From Candidatus Auribacter fodinae (GTDB lineage: Bacteria > Auribacterota > Auribacteria > Auribacterales > Auribacteraceae), in NCBI GenBank assembly GCA_003599815.1, contig QZJZ01000010.1:15050-79049 (forward strand): a stretch of DNA of 64,000 bases, read 5' to 3'. A program made the position numbers and the translations under genes. The notes beneath the pieces were generated by a model. It ran no database searches and was not told the origin of the DNA. It was given only the letters and a program-made list of their open reading frames with translations. Positions 56,381 through 64,000 of the stretch are shown here, one piece after another (position 1 is the stretch's first letter; each line of letters opens with the position of its first letter).

Positions 56381-56401
56381 TCGTATGGTTCATAGAACCA
56401 T

Positions 56402-59400
56402 TTATTTTTCTTCTGCCTTAATAGAAGCCAACTGCTGGTAGAGCCTAAACCTGTTTTTCACATCATGCTCAGCAAGGCTAAGCAACTCTTCAGCCTGTTC
56501 AGGATTTGCCTGATATAATGAGCGATAACGGTTTTCTCCTCCAGCATAGTCCTTGAAGCTGATTGACGGTTCGCGAGAATCAAGCTGTAACGGATTTTGC
56601 GTTCCGGAAAGCATCGGATTATACCTGAACAACGGCCAGTGCCCTGAATTAACCGCTTTCTTTTGTTCATCAAGACCAGTTGTCATATTGATACCGTGTG
56701 CTATACAGTGCGCATACGCAATGATCAACGACGGCCCGTCATAGGCTTCCGCTTCCATAAACGCTCTCACTGCCTGGTTCGGATTCGCGCCAAGAGCAAT
56801 TTTGGCGACATATATCGTTCCGTAAGACATCGCAATCATGCCAAGATCTTTTTTCGGCATCAATTTGCCTGCTGATGCGAATTTTGCTGTCGCCGCACGC
56901 GGCGTTGATTTTGACATCTGTCCACCGGTATTGGAATACACTTCAGTATCAAGAACAAGCACATTTACATTTTTACCTGAAGCAAGAACATGATCCAATC
57001 CGCCGTATCCGATATCATACGCCCAGCCGTCTCCGCCGAGAGCCCACACGGATTTTTTCACCAGATAATCGGCAAGTGTAAGCAGGCGTTTTGCCTCAGA
57101 CACATTCTGATGAGCGTCAAGAGCGGATTTAAGCTGAGCTACACGTTTACGCTGTTTCTCGATCTGATCCTGAACAGTCTGTTCAGCGGAAACGATTTCC
57201 TGCAAAAGATCGGCACATATCCCTTTGTCAATCAAGATGCGTGACAGCTCAACCGCGAATTCATACAGTTTATCGACAGTCAACCGCATGCCAAGAGCAA
57301 ACTCAGCGTTATCCTCGAACAGAGAATTTGACCACGCCGGGCCGCGCCCGTCAGCGCGTGTGCAATATGGAGTCGTTGGCAGATTACCGCCATAAATAGA
57401 CGAACAGCCTGTGGCATTAGCGATAATAGCCCTGTCTCCGAATAACTGCGTCAACAGCTTCACATACGCCGTTTCACCACAGCCGGCGCATGCGCCTGAA
57501 TATTCAAACAAAGCTGGTGTCAACTGACTGCCTTTAACCGTGTTCAATTTCTTCTTTTCCGCTTCCAGATCGGGTATGGAAAGGAAAAACTGATAATTTT
57601 TTACTTCCTGATCGCGCAAAGGCGCCTGCGCAATCATGTTAATCGCTTTGCGGTCTGTCTTATTGCCCGCCGCGTCTTTCTGCGATGCAGGACAGGTAAA
57701 TACGCACGCACCACAACCGGTACAATCTTCCGGAGCGATCTGAACAGTAAATTTCATTCCTTCAAAATCCTTGGTTTTCGCATCAATAGATTTGAAATTT
57801 GCCGGAGCGTTTTTCAGTAACGAAGGATCATATGCTTTAATACGAATCGACGCATGCGGGCACACCAGTGAACACTGACCGCACTGAACGCATGTTGCCG
57901 GATCCCATTCAGGAATCTCAACCGCTATATTACGTTTTTCAAACCGAGCGGTCGCCGTTGGGAATGTACCATCAATAGGCATTTTCGATACCGGCAGGGA
58001 ATCGCCTTTACCCTGTATAATTTTACCGATCACTTCCTTAACAAACGCAGGAGCATCAGCAGGTACAGGTTCCATAATGCCGAACTTCGCGGTAACTTTC
58101 GATGGTACCGGAACTTCATAAATATTCTTCAACGCAGTCTCAACAGCGTCAAGGTTCATTTTGACCACTTTCTCGCCTTTTTGACCATAGGTTTTCTTAA
58201 TGGCTCCCTTAATAGCGCTTACGGCCTGATCAATAGGAAGAATGTTGGAAATGGCAAAAAAGGCGGTCTGCATAATCACATTGATACGTTCGCCCAACCC
58301 GCAATCATGGGCAAGCTTTGTTCCGTCAATCACATATACTTTTATTTTTCTGTCAATAATCTGTTTTTGAGTTTCGGACGGGATGTGATCCCATACTTCA
58401 TCCTTGGAAAACGGGCTGTTCAAAAGGAACGTAGCGCCTTCAGTCGCGTTATAGAGCATATCGAATTTTTCAAGAAATGAGAATTTATGACAGGCAACGA
58501 AATTAGCTTTACGGATAAGATACGGCTTACGAATCACTTCAGCTCCAAAACGCAAGTGCGAAATAGTAACAGCTCCGGCTTTTTTGGAATCGTATACAAA
58601 ATAGCCCTGAGCATAATTATTCGTGTTCTCGCCAATGATTTTAATAGAGTTCTTATTCGCGCTGACCGTCCCATCCGCGCCAAGACCGTAAAACATCGCG
58701 CGGTATACGCCTTTCGTTTCGATATCGAAAGACTGGTCATAATCAAGGCTGGTGTGTGTGACATCATCCTCAATGCCAACCGTAAAATGGTTACGGGGCT
58801 TATCCAGCTTAAGGTTGTCAAAAACAGCCTTTGCCATTGCAGGATTAAACTCTTTTGATCCTAATCCGTAACGTCCGCCAACAACAACCGGATAACCGTC
58901 AAATTTGAATTGACCATCTGCCATTGCTTCACCAATCGCAGTACGCACGTCAAGATACAGCGGTTCGCCGATGGATCCGGGTTCTTTGGTGCGGTCGAGA
59001 ACAGCGATTTTCCGTACTGATTTCGGTAATGCGGCGGCAAATGCGGCAACATCAAACGGCCTGTACAGGCGTACTTTCAGCACACCGACTTTTTCGCCTT
59101 TAGCGGTCAGGTACTCAACCAGTTCGTGTACGCATTCCGCGCCAGAACCCATTATAACAATAATACGTTCCGCATCAGGAGCTCCAACATAATCAAACAG
59201 ATGATACTGACGCCCGGTAAGTTTCGCGAATTTGTCCATTTCTTCCTGCACAATAGCCGGAGTATCCATGTAAAACTGGTTCACTGTTTCACGCGCCTGA
59301 AAGTAGACATCAGGGTTCTGAGAAGTTCCTTTAATAAAAGGACGATCCGGAGAAAGTGCCCTAAGACGATGCTGTTCAATGAGATTATCATCCAGCATAG

Positions 59401-59977
59401 CCCTCATTTCGTCAAATGTAGGAAGCTCTACTTTCTGGATTTCATGAGATGTGCGGAACCCGTCAAAAAAATGCATAAAGGGTACTCGTGAACGTAATGT
59501 CGCGGATTGGGCAATCAACGCAAAATCAGTAGCTTCCTGAATACTTCCCGAGCAGAAAAGAGCAAATCCTGTGGATCTCGTGGACATAACATCGGAATGA
59601 TCGCAGAAAATTGAAAGAGCCTGACACGCCAATGAACGAGCGGTTACATGAAAAACAGTAGGAGTCAATTCACCAGCTATTTTATACATGTTGGGGATCA
59701 TCAATAATAATCCCTGCGATGCGGTAAATGTTGTTGTTAATGCTCCTGTGCTCAACGCACCGTGCACAGCGCCGGCGGCGCCGCCTTCCGATTGCAGTTC
59801 GCTTACAACCGGAATAGTGCCCCAGATATTTTTTTCACCGGCGGCCGACTTCGCGTCAGCAATTTCGCCCATACCCGAAGAAGGGGTAATAGGATAAATA
59901 GCAATTACTTCGTTTGTCGCGTGCGCCACATGGGCGACAGCGGAATTCCCGTCAATAGTGATCATTTTTTTACTCAT
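56402..59977 (-). CDS. nifJ: Pyruvate:ferredoxin (flavodoxin) oxidoreductase, single-chain (NifJ/PFOR type)
   Basis: 1191 aa. N-terminus ...IDGNSAVAHVAHATNEVIAIYPITPSS... Two 4Fe-4S ferredoxin motifs (CVQCGQCSLVCPH; CTGCGACVFTCP) and a TPP-binding C-terminal domain (...GGDGWAYDIGYGGLDH...). Confidence 0.95.
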   Translation of the reverse strand: MSKKMITIDGNSAVAHVAHATNEVIAIYPITPSSGMGEIADAKSAAGEKNIWGTIPVVSELQSEGGAAGAVHGALSTGALTTTFTASQGLLLMIPNMYKIAGELTPTVFHVTARSLACQALSIFCDHSDVMSTRSTGFALFCSGSIQEATDFALIAQSATLRSRVPFMHFFDGFRTSHEIQKVELPTFDEMRAMLDDNLIEQHRLRALSPDRPFIKGTSQNPDVYFQARETVNQFYMDTPAIVQEEMDKFAKLTGRQYHLFDYVGAPDAERIIVIMGSGAECVHELVEYLTAKGEKVGVLKVRLYRPFDVAAFAAALPKSVRKIAVLDRTKEPGSIGEPLYLDVRTAIGEAMADGQFKFDGYPVVVGGRYGLGSKEFNPAMAKAVFDNLKLDKPRNHFTVGIEDDVTHTSLDYDQSFDIETKGVYRAMFYGLGADGTVSANKNSIKIIGENTNNYAQGYFVYDSKKAGAVTISHLRFGAEVIRKPYLIRKANFVACHKFSFLEKFDMLYNATEGATFLLNSPFSKDEVWDHIPSETQKQIIDRKIKVYVIDGTKLAHDCGLGERINVIMQTAFFAISNILPIDQAVSAIKGAIKKTYGQKGEKVVKMNLDAVETALKNIYEVPVPSKVTAKFGIMEPVPADAPAFVKEVIGKIIQGKGDSLPVSKMPIDGTFPTATARFEKRNIAVEIPEWDPATCVQCGQCSLVCPHASIRIKAYDPSLLKNAPANFKSIDAKTKDFEGMKFTVQIAPEDCTGCGACVFTCPASQKDAAGNKTDRKAINMIAQAPLRDQEVKNYQFFLSIPDLEAEKKKLNTVKGSQLTPALFEYSGACAGCGETAYVKLLTQLFGDRAIIANATGCSSIYGGNLPTTPYCTRADGRGPAWSNSLFEDNAEFALGMRLTVDKLYEFAVELSRILIDKGICADLLQEIVSAEQTVQDQIEKQRKRVAQLKSALDAHQNVSEAKRLLTLADYLVKKSVWALGGDGWAYDIGYGGLDHVLASGKNVNVLVLDTEVYSNTGGQMSKSTPRAATAKFASAGKLMPKKDLGMIAMSYGTIYVAKIALGANPNQAVRAFMEAEAYDGPSLIIAYAHCIAHGINMTTGLDEQKKAVNSGHWPLFRYNPMLSGTQNPLQLDSREPSISFKDYAGGENRYRSLYQANPEQAEELLSLAEHDVKNRFRLYQQLASIKAEEK

Positions 59978-60005
59978 GTACCCACCTTTTTTTATATGTA
60001 CTCAA

Positions 60006-60020
60006 TTGATAAATTATCAA
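60006..60020. promoter_or_regulatory. Perfect palindrome TTGATAA-A-TTATCAA ~30 nt upstream of PFOR start codon; candidate operator overlapping putative -35
   Basis: A 7 bp inverted repeat with a 1 nt spacer, read directly. On the minus strand it is followed by TATAAA at promoter-like spacing. Confidence 0.3.
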
Positions 60021-60216
60021 AAAGCATATTGTATTGTTGTATTCCACTGTTTGATACGATTCATAGTATTTTATATATACAGCCTGATTTTTCCAATAGT
60101 ATTCGGCTTTTATTACCAATCAATTTGAATCCTAAGCCCTATGCTTCTAAAAAATCAAAAAAGGATTAAATTTATACCATATCTAAAAAAATTTTTCCAT
60201 CGAAATTATACTATTT

Positions 60217-60256
60217 ATCAGAATAATATAGACTTAATCAGAATAATATAGATTTA
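60217..60256. repeat. Tandem direct repeat 2 x 20 bp (ATCAGAATAATATAGACTTA / ATCAGAATAATATAGATTTA) ~250 bp upstream of PFOR
   Basis: Read directly; 19 of 20 positions are identical. The 20 bp periodicity suggests binding sites for a winged-helix or response-regulator dimer. Confidence 0.5.
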
Positions 60257-60487
60257 ACGTTATAAATACATCCAGTACAACAATAGAGCCGACAACCATT
60301 TCATCAACACAACGTAGAGACATAATTAAGGGAGAGGCTCAATTGAGGGCAATGCGCAGTTTACATCTATATCGACATTTATATCATTAAATTGAATGCA
60401 TTAAATCATATTTTTTGACTGTTTACCCAGCGCCAGTGTTCAGTGATAAATCAACATATTCATAAAATATTACCGAACAGTAATTAA

Positions 60488-60985
60488 TCAATTCAGAAGC
60501 ATATCCAGATGTTTCTTCACATCTTCCATCGACGAAGCGTCTATAATGGTATCCACGCGGTAATCGTCGATCTGACTGCCCGCCAGTTTAGCGCTCCAGC
60601 CGCCTGTAAAACTGCATGCGACTATCTTTTTTCGGTACTGCCATGCATACGCCAGTTCCGACAAAGTACCGGTCGCACCGCCAATGCTGATAATCAGGTC
60701 GCCGGACAAAACATTAAACAGATTACGGGCATACCCTATACCAGTGGGAATGACCACAGAGCAATATTCGTTCGCTTCGTCAAACTCCGTACCGGGCAAA
60801 ATCCCTATCACAATACCTCCGTGATCAGCGGCGCCGCGTGACACCGCCTGCATGACACCGGATTTGCCTCCGCTGATGGTTACAAAACCACGCAATGCTA
60901 TCTCGGAACCGATCTGATACCCAATTTCAATCTGTTCAGCAGATGCGTCGCGCCCACCGATAACCACAACTTGTTTATAGCGCAT
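60488..60985 (-). CDS. LOG/TIGR00725-family Rossmann-fold nucleotide-binding protein
   Basis: ...VVVIGGRDASAEQ...ISGGKSGVMQAVSRGA...GIVIGILPG...GGATGTLSELAYAW... match the LOG/YvdD-like family signature GGxxGxM...PGGxGTxxE. Confidence 0.7.
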   Translation of the reverse strand: MRYKQVVVIGGRDASAEQIEIGYQIGSEIALRGFVTISGGKSGVMQAVSRGAADHGGIVIGILPGTEFDEANEYCSVVIPTGIGYARNLFNVLSGDLIISIGGATGTLSELAYAWQYRKKIVACSFTGGWSAKLAGSQIDDYRVDTIIDASSMEDVKKHLDMLLN

Positions 60986-61000
60986 GTATTCTCCCACGCG

Positions 61001-62854
61001 TCATTGCTCCTTCAGCGCTTTTTCAAGCATACGCAATTTTTCATGAATCAACTCATCGCCCGGCTTGAGCCGTTCCGCTTCACGCATTAAACTATGCGCG
61101 CGCTTGTATTCCTGATTATTAGCATAATAGCATGCCAGATTATAATACGCATTGAATTTATCAGGATAATCCCTGACATTTTTCTGCCATATTTCAACAG
61201 CCTCTTCAACCGTCCCAATCTGCATATATGCCGTAGCGAGATTGTTCCATACATCGAACTGATCAGCATTAACGTCCAATGACTTTTTATAGAAACCAAC
61301 AGCTTTTTTCAATTCACCGGTATGGTGATATGCCATGGCAAGATGTTTATACAACTGGTCCGTTGCATATCCCATCATCCACGCGTCAGTCAGGTGCGCA
61401 AGCGCTTCATTGTATTTACCCCGTTGAAATTCAATGACTCCCAGTAAAAAAGCCGCCATCTTTGAGGCAGGATCAAAACGAAGGCTTCGCTTAATCGCTA
61501 TTTCCGCCTTATCCAGATCTCCCTGAGCCAGATACAGATTGCCCCTGTTCAGTAACTGGTTGTATGCAAAACTCATTCTGTATTTTCTGGTCAGAGCTTT
61601 ACTGTTCAGAGCCATAACCAAAAAACCAAAAACCACTATTATTATGATAATCCGTTTAACATATCTTAATTTTAGCCATTCAGCAGTTCGGGCAATACAA
61701 TATCCGCCCGCGATACAGAACAGCGGGATAAACGGCTGTCTGAAACGGGCAATAATATAAAATATGATAACTGATGCGCAGGCACTCACAAAATACACAA
61801 CAAAAAGCCGTTCAGTGCTCTTCCTTGCCGCCAGCATCAAGGCTACCCCAATCAGCGCCAGCGGAGACAACACACCGAATGGTATCCCTCTCAAGCGCAA
61901 TAAAGGCACTACCTCACGCAAAAACTGCACGTCAATAAACTGCGGAAATTCATAACCGAGAAAAAACGCGTACGTTTTCACTGCCTGTTTTGTCGCCCAT
62001 CTGGGAATATTCGAGCTGATATCGGACCAAAGAATTGAAAGAAACCGTAAAAAACTACCGCCGGCACGCTGGATAATCTGAGGCTCGTTTGGAGTGCGGT
62101 ACCACCCGATACCATCAGAGTCATGCCAGTGTCCTGATAACAGCACTATCTCACCCTGCGTGGTAATATTGAGAGGGTCACCGCCGGCAACGATATTACG
62201 CACAATCAAAGCCGAATAGAGAGACATTGTTCCTGCCAGAAACAGTACTCCGCATATACGATGCTTTTTACGGATCAACAATGATACTGCCAGAACAAAA
62301 GGCAAAATAAGACTGTTCGGCCTGCACAGAAACGCCCAGCCGAAACAAACTCCGGAAAGTGCAAACAGCCAGAGGTTCCGGTTCCGGCGGGCACAAAAAA
62401 ATAACCATAACCCCGCAGTCACAAGAAAAGCGATCAAAGGCATCATCAAAAGAGCCGCCTCGTACGCTATAATCGGCAGGTACAAAGAATACAAAAATCC
62501 AGCCAGAATACCGACAACACCCCCGAACATCAACGTCCCGCACTGGATAACCATAAGCCCGGTTATGACGCCAAGCCCGAATTGTATAATGCGCGCAACC
62601 AAAGCGCTGTTCGCGGTAAACTTATAAATAAGCCCAAGAAAATAAATGTAACCCGGCCCACGTGTGATGTTTACTTCGGACAGCAAATACGAGCCTGCTG
62701 AAAATTCCCGCGCCATCCGGTCGTAGTACTCCTGATCGTCAGGAAAGAGAAATATGCTGAATCCGGGATAATCTTTTATCTGGATGAAATAGATTATCCG
62801 AAGGATAACCATCAGCAGAACTACAGTTAAAATACAGATTTTACGTTTACTCAT
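61001..62854 (-). CDS. GT-C fold glycosyltransferase (PMT/ArnT, GT39/GT83-like) with C-terminal TPR repeats
   Basis: The N-terminal ~420 aa carry about 11 TM helices with an early loop acidic motif (...PDDQEYYDRMA...). The C-terminal ~190 aa carry TPR repeats (...AxxYxxxG...). Confidence 0.7.
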   Translation of the reverse strand: MSKRKICILTVVLLMVILRIIYFIQIKDYPGFSIFLFPDDQEYYDRMAREFSAGSYLLSEVNITRGPGYIYFLGLIYKFTANSALVARIIQFGLGVITGLMVIQCGTLMFGGVVGILAGFLYSLYLPIIAYEAALLMMPLIAFLVTAGLWLFFCARRNRNLWLFALSGVCFGWAFLCRPNSLILPFVLAVSLLIRKKHRICGVLFLAGTMSLYSALIVRNIVAGGDPLNITTQGEIVLLSGHWHDSDGIGWYRTPNEPQIIQRAGGSFLRFLSILWSDISSNIPRWATKQAVKTYAFFLGYEFPQFIDVQFLREVVPLLRLRGIPFGVLSPLALIGVALMLAARKSTERLFVVYFVSACASVIIFYIIARFRQPFIPLFCIAGGYCIARTAEWLKLRYVKRIIIIIVVFGFLVMALNSKALTRKYRMSFAYNQLLNRGNLYLAQGDLDKAEIAIKRSLRFDPASKMAAFLLGVIEFQRGKYNEALAHLTDAWMMGYATDQLYKHLAMAYHHTGELKKAVGFYKKSLDVNADQFDVWNNLATAYMQIGTVEEAVEIWQKNVRDYPDKFNAYYNLACYYANNQEYKRAHSLMREAERLKPGDELIHEKLRMLEKALKEQ

Positions 62855-62856
62855 AT

Positions 62857-63216
62857 CTATTTGGAAAAAAACATCTTCACTGAGATTACCAGAAATACCA
62901 GCGCGAACACCTTCTTTAAAACATCACCAGGCAGATGCGCCGCGGCCTTGACTCCAATAAACGCTCCTATAAGCGATAAAGGAAGAAAATACAAAAGCAG
63001 CGACCCTTTCACATTGCCATGCATATGATGGAGGAACGACCCGATCAGAGCCGTGGGAAAAATTACGCACAAAGATGTACCGATGGCAACAATTGGTTCC
63101 AGCCTGAAAACATATATCAGGACTGGAACAGTAATAATGCCTCCCCCTATGCCCAATAACCCACTGAGAAAACCGCTCGATACACCGGCAATCATAACCA
63201 GCACAAACGTATACAT
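62857..63216 (-). CDS. Half-size TSUP (TauE/SafE, DUF81) family membrane protein (4 TM)
   Basis: ...GFLSGLLGIGGGIITVPVLIYVF... is the TauE/SafE N-terminal repeat. The gene is only 119 aa and is followed 2 nt later by the next gene, so it encodes a single 4-TM unit, not the usual 8-TM duplicate. Confidence 0.6.
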   Translation of the reverse strand: MYTFVLVMIAGVSSGFLSGLLGIGGGIITVPVLIYVFRLEPIVAIGTSLCVIFPTALIGSFLHHMHGNVKGSLLLYFLPLSLIGAFIGVKAAAHLPGDVLKKVFALVFLVISVKMFFSK

Positions 63217-63308
63217 TCACTGCCCCCATTTTTTTCTTGAAAACAAAAGGTATACCTGTTAATACCATATATCTACATCTAACAATACTTAGGAGATATA
63301 CACATAGT

Positions 63309-63914
63309 ATGGCAAATGCACTCAAGACTCCAGAGATAATTATAAAAACTTTTACCCAACAGCTCAGGATGGAAGATCTGTTCAGCAGGGAATGCCCTGT
63401 GTGGCTTGAAATCGGCTTTGGAGTAGGTAAATTTTTTCTTGAACAGGCTCGAAATAATCCTGATAAAGGACTGATCGGCGTTGAAAACGACCCTGCCCGA
63501 TATTTCAAGATGCGTGATAAACTTTCCTACATAGATATAGATAATACCCGCATATGCCGAACTGAAGCGGAAATGCTGGTGAAATATCTGATTCCGGAAA
63601 AATCCATTGATTACGTTTTCATTAATTTTCCTGACCCATGGCCCAAAAACAGGCACACGAAATTCCGCCTCTTCACTCTTGATTTCAGTCAAGATCTTGC
63701 GCGAATCATGAAACATGGCGCGCGGGTACGCATAGTCACCGATGTCAAAGAATATGCTGACCATATTAGAAAAGTCATGCTGTTTGAGGACCATTTTATT
63801 CCCGTAAACAATGACACTACATCGTTTCCCACAACGACGTTTCAGGACAGGTTCATAAAAACCAACATACCGTACTATCCGCAAATCTTTCAATCCGTAA
63901 ACGGAATACAATGA
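63309..63914 (+). CDS. trmB: tRNA (guanine46-N7)-methyltransferase
   Basis: ...PVWLEIGFGVGKFFLEQARNNPDKGLIGVE... and ...FINFPDPWPKNRHTKFRL... are TrmB signatures. Start at MANALK (ATG 63309); the longer ORF from 63237 has no ribosome-binding site. Confidence 0.85.
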   Translation: MANALKTPEIIIKTFTQQLRMEDLFSRECPVWLEIGFGVGKFFLEQARNNPDKGLIGVENDPARYFKMRDKLSYIDIDNTRICRTEAEMLVKYLIPEKSIDYVFINFPDPWPKNRHTKFRLFTLDFSQDLARIMKHGARVRIVTDVKEYADHIRKVMLFEDHFIPVNNDTTSFPTTTFQDRFIKTNIPYYPQIFQSVNGIQ

Positions 63915-64000
63915 TGCGATTTGATGAGCCCCTGATCCCATGCACCCTCTTAAAGCGATATAAACGCTTTATGTGTGATATTATACTGGATCATCACATT

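Noticed and set aside
59762-60169. 135 aa plus-strand ORF spanning the PFOR start and upstream region
   Set aside because: It is antisense to the PFOR N-terminus and runs into the AT-rich promoter region. Composition is low-complexity and there is no ribosome-binding site.
62924-63508. 194 aa minus-strand ORF overlapping TauE, the intergenic region and trmB
   Set aside because: It overlaps two well-supported genes (one on each strand) and an intergenic promoter region. Cys/Arg-rich composition is typical of an out-of-frame artefact.
1-64000. CRISPR arrays, IS elements, integrases, tRNA/rRNA genes
   Set aside because: I found no regularly spaced direct repeats, transposase/integrase-like ORFs or structured RNA gene signatures. 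Only short regulatory repeats (listed in the findings) were seen.

Overview
This 64 kb window is a chromosomal segment from a flagellated Gram-negative bacterium with no mobile-element, CRISPR or rRNA/tRNA signal that I could see. The presence of pyruvate:ferredoxin oxidoreductase (PFOR) suggests an anaerobe. An H-X9-DG domain protein hints at a PVC/Omnitrophota-like or delta-proteobacteria-like lineage, but I cannot confirm that.

Gene content, left to right:
- A flagellar rod/ring operon flgF-flgG-flgA-flgH (minus strand), preceded by a textbook sigma-54 promoter. flgM is nearby behind a near-consensus sigma-28 promoter, and folE lies between them.
- A roughly 15 kb minus-strand operon (20200 down to 4941) that looks like a flagellin glycosylation/modification island. 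It encodes two Maf/DUF115 paralogs, PseG-like and PseC-like enzymes, an ATP-grasp ligase, a GH57-like protein, two GT2 enzymes, an NHL-repeat protein, a FliB-like CxxCxxCC protein and an SDR epimerase with an inserted zinc ribbon. It also, unexpectedly, encodes HolC (DNA polymerase III chi) and a CsaA/Trbp111-like tRNA-binding protein. A divergent GT2-TPR gene sits at its upstream end.
- A housekeeping block: hisS-aspS, then phoH-pgpH-ybeY-corC-DUF502-recO.
- An operon NYN nuclease - secreted acidic protein - pilT - a PilT paralog carrying a roughly 260 aa C-terminal extension that looks like a degenerate GGDEF domain.
- dgt, an H-X9-DG protein and nadE.
- A bacterial XPB/Ssl2-like helicase with its upstream partner protein.
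- Two giant, independently promoted and terminated secreted proteins. The first (2044 aa) is a subtilisin (S8) protease with FN3, beta-helix and Ca-binding repeats. The second (2149 aa) has an unprecedented chain of domains: TIKI/TraB/GumN-like, GNAT, HExxH and transglutaminase-like.
- PFOR with an upstream palindrome and a 2 x 20 bp tandem repeat, then a LOG-family protein, a GT-C/TPR glycosyltransferase, a half-size TauE and trmB.

The most novel-looking items are the second giant multi-enzyme protein, the PilT-degenerate-GGDEF fusion and the unusual composition of the flagellin modification island. All calls rest on reading the translations and motifs directly; no database search was possible.
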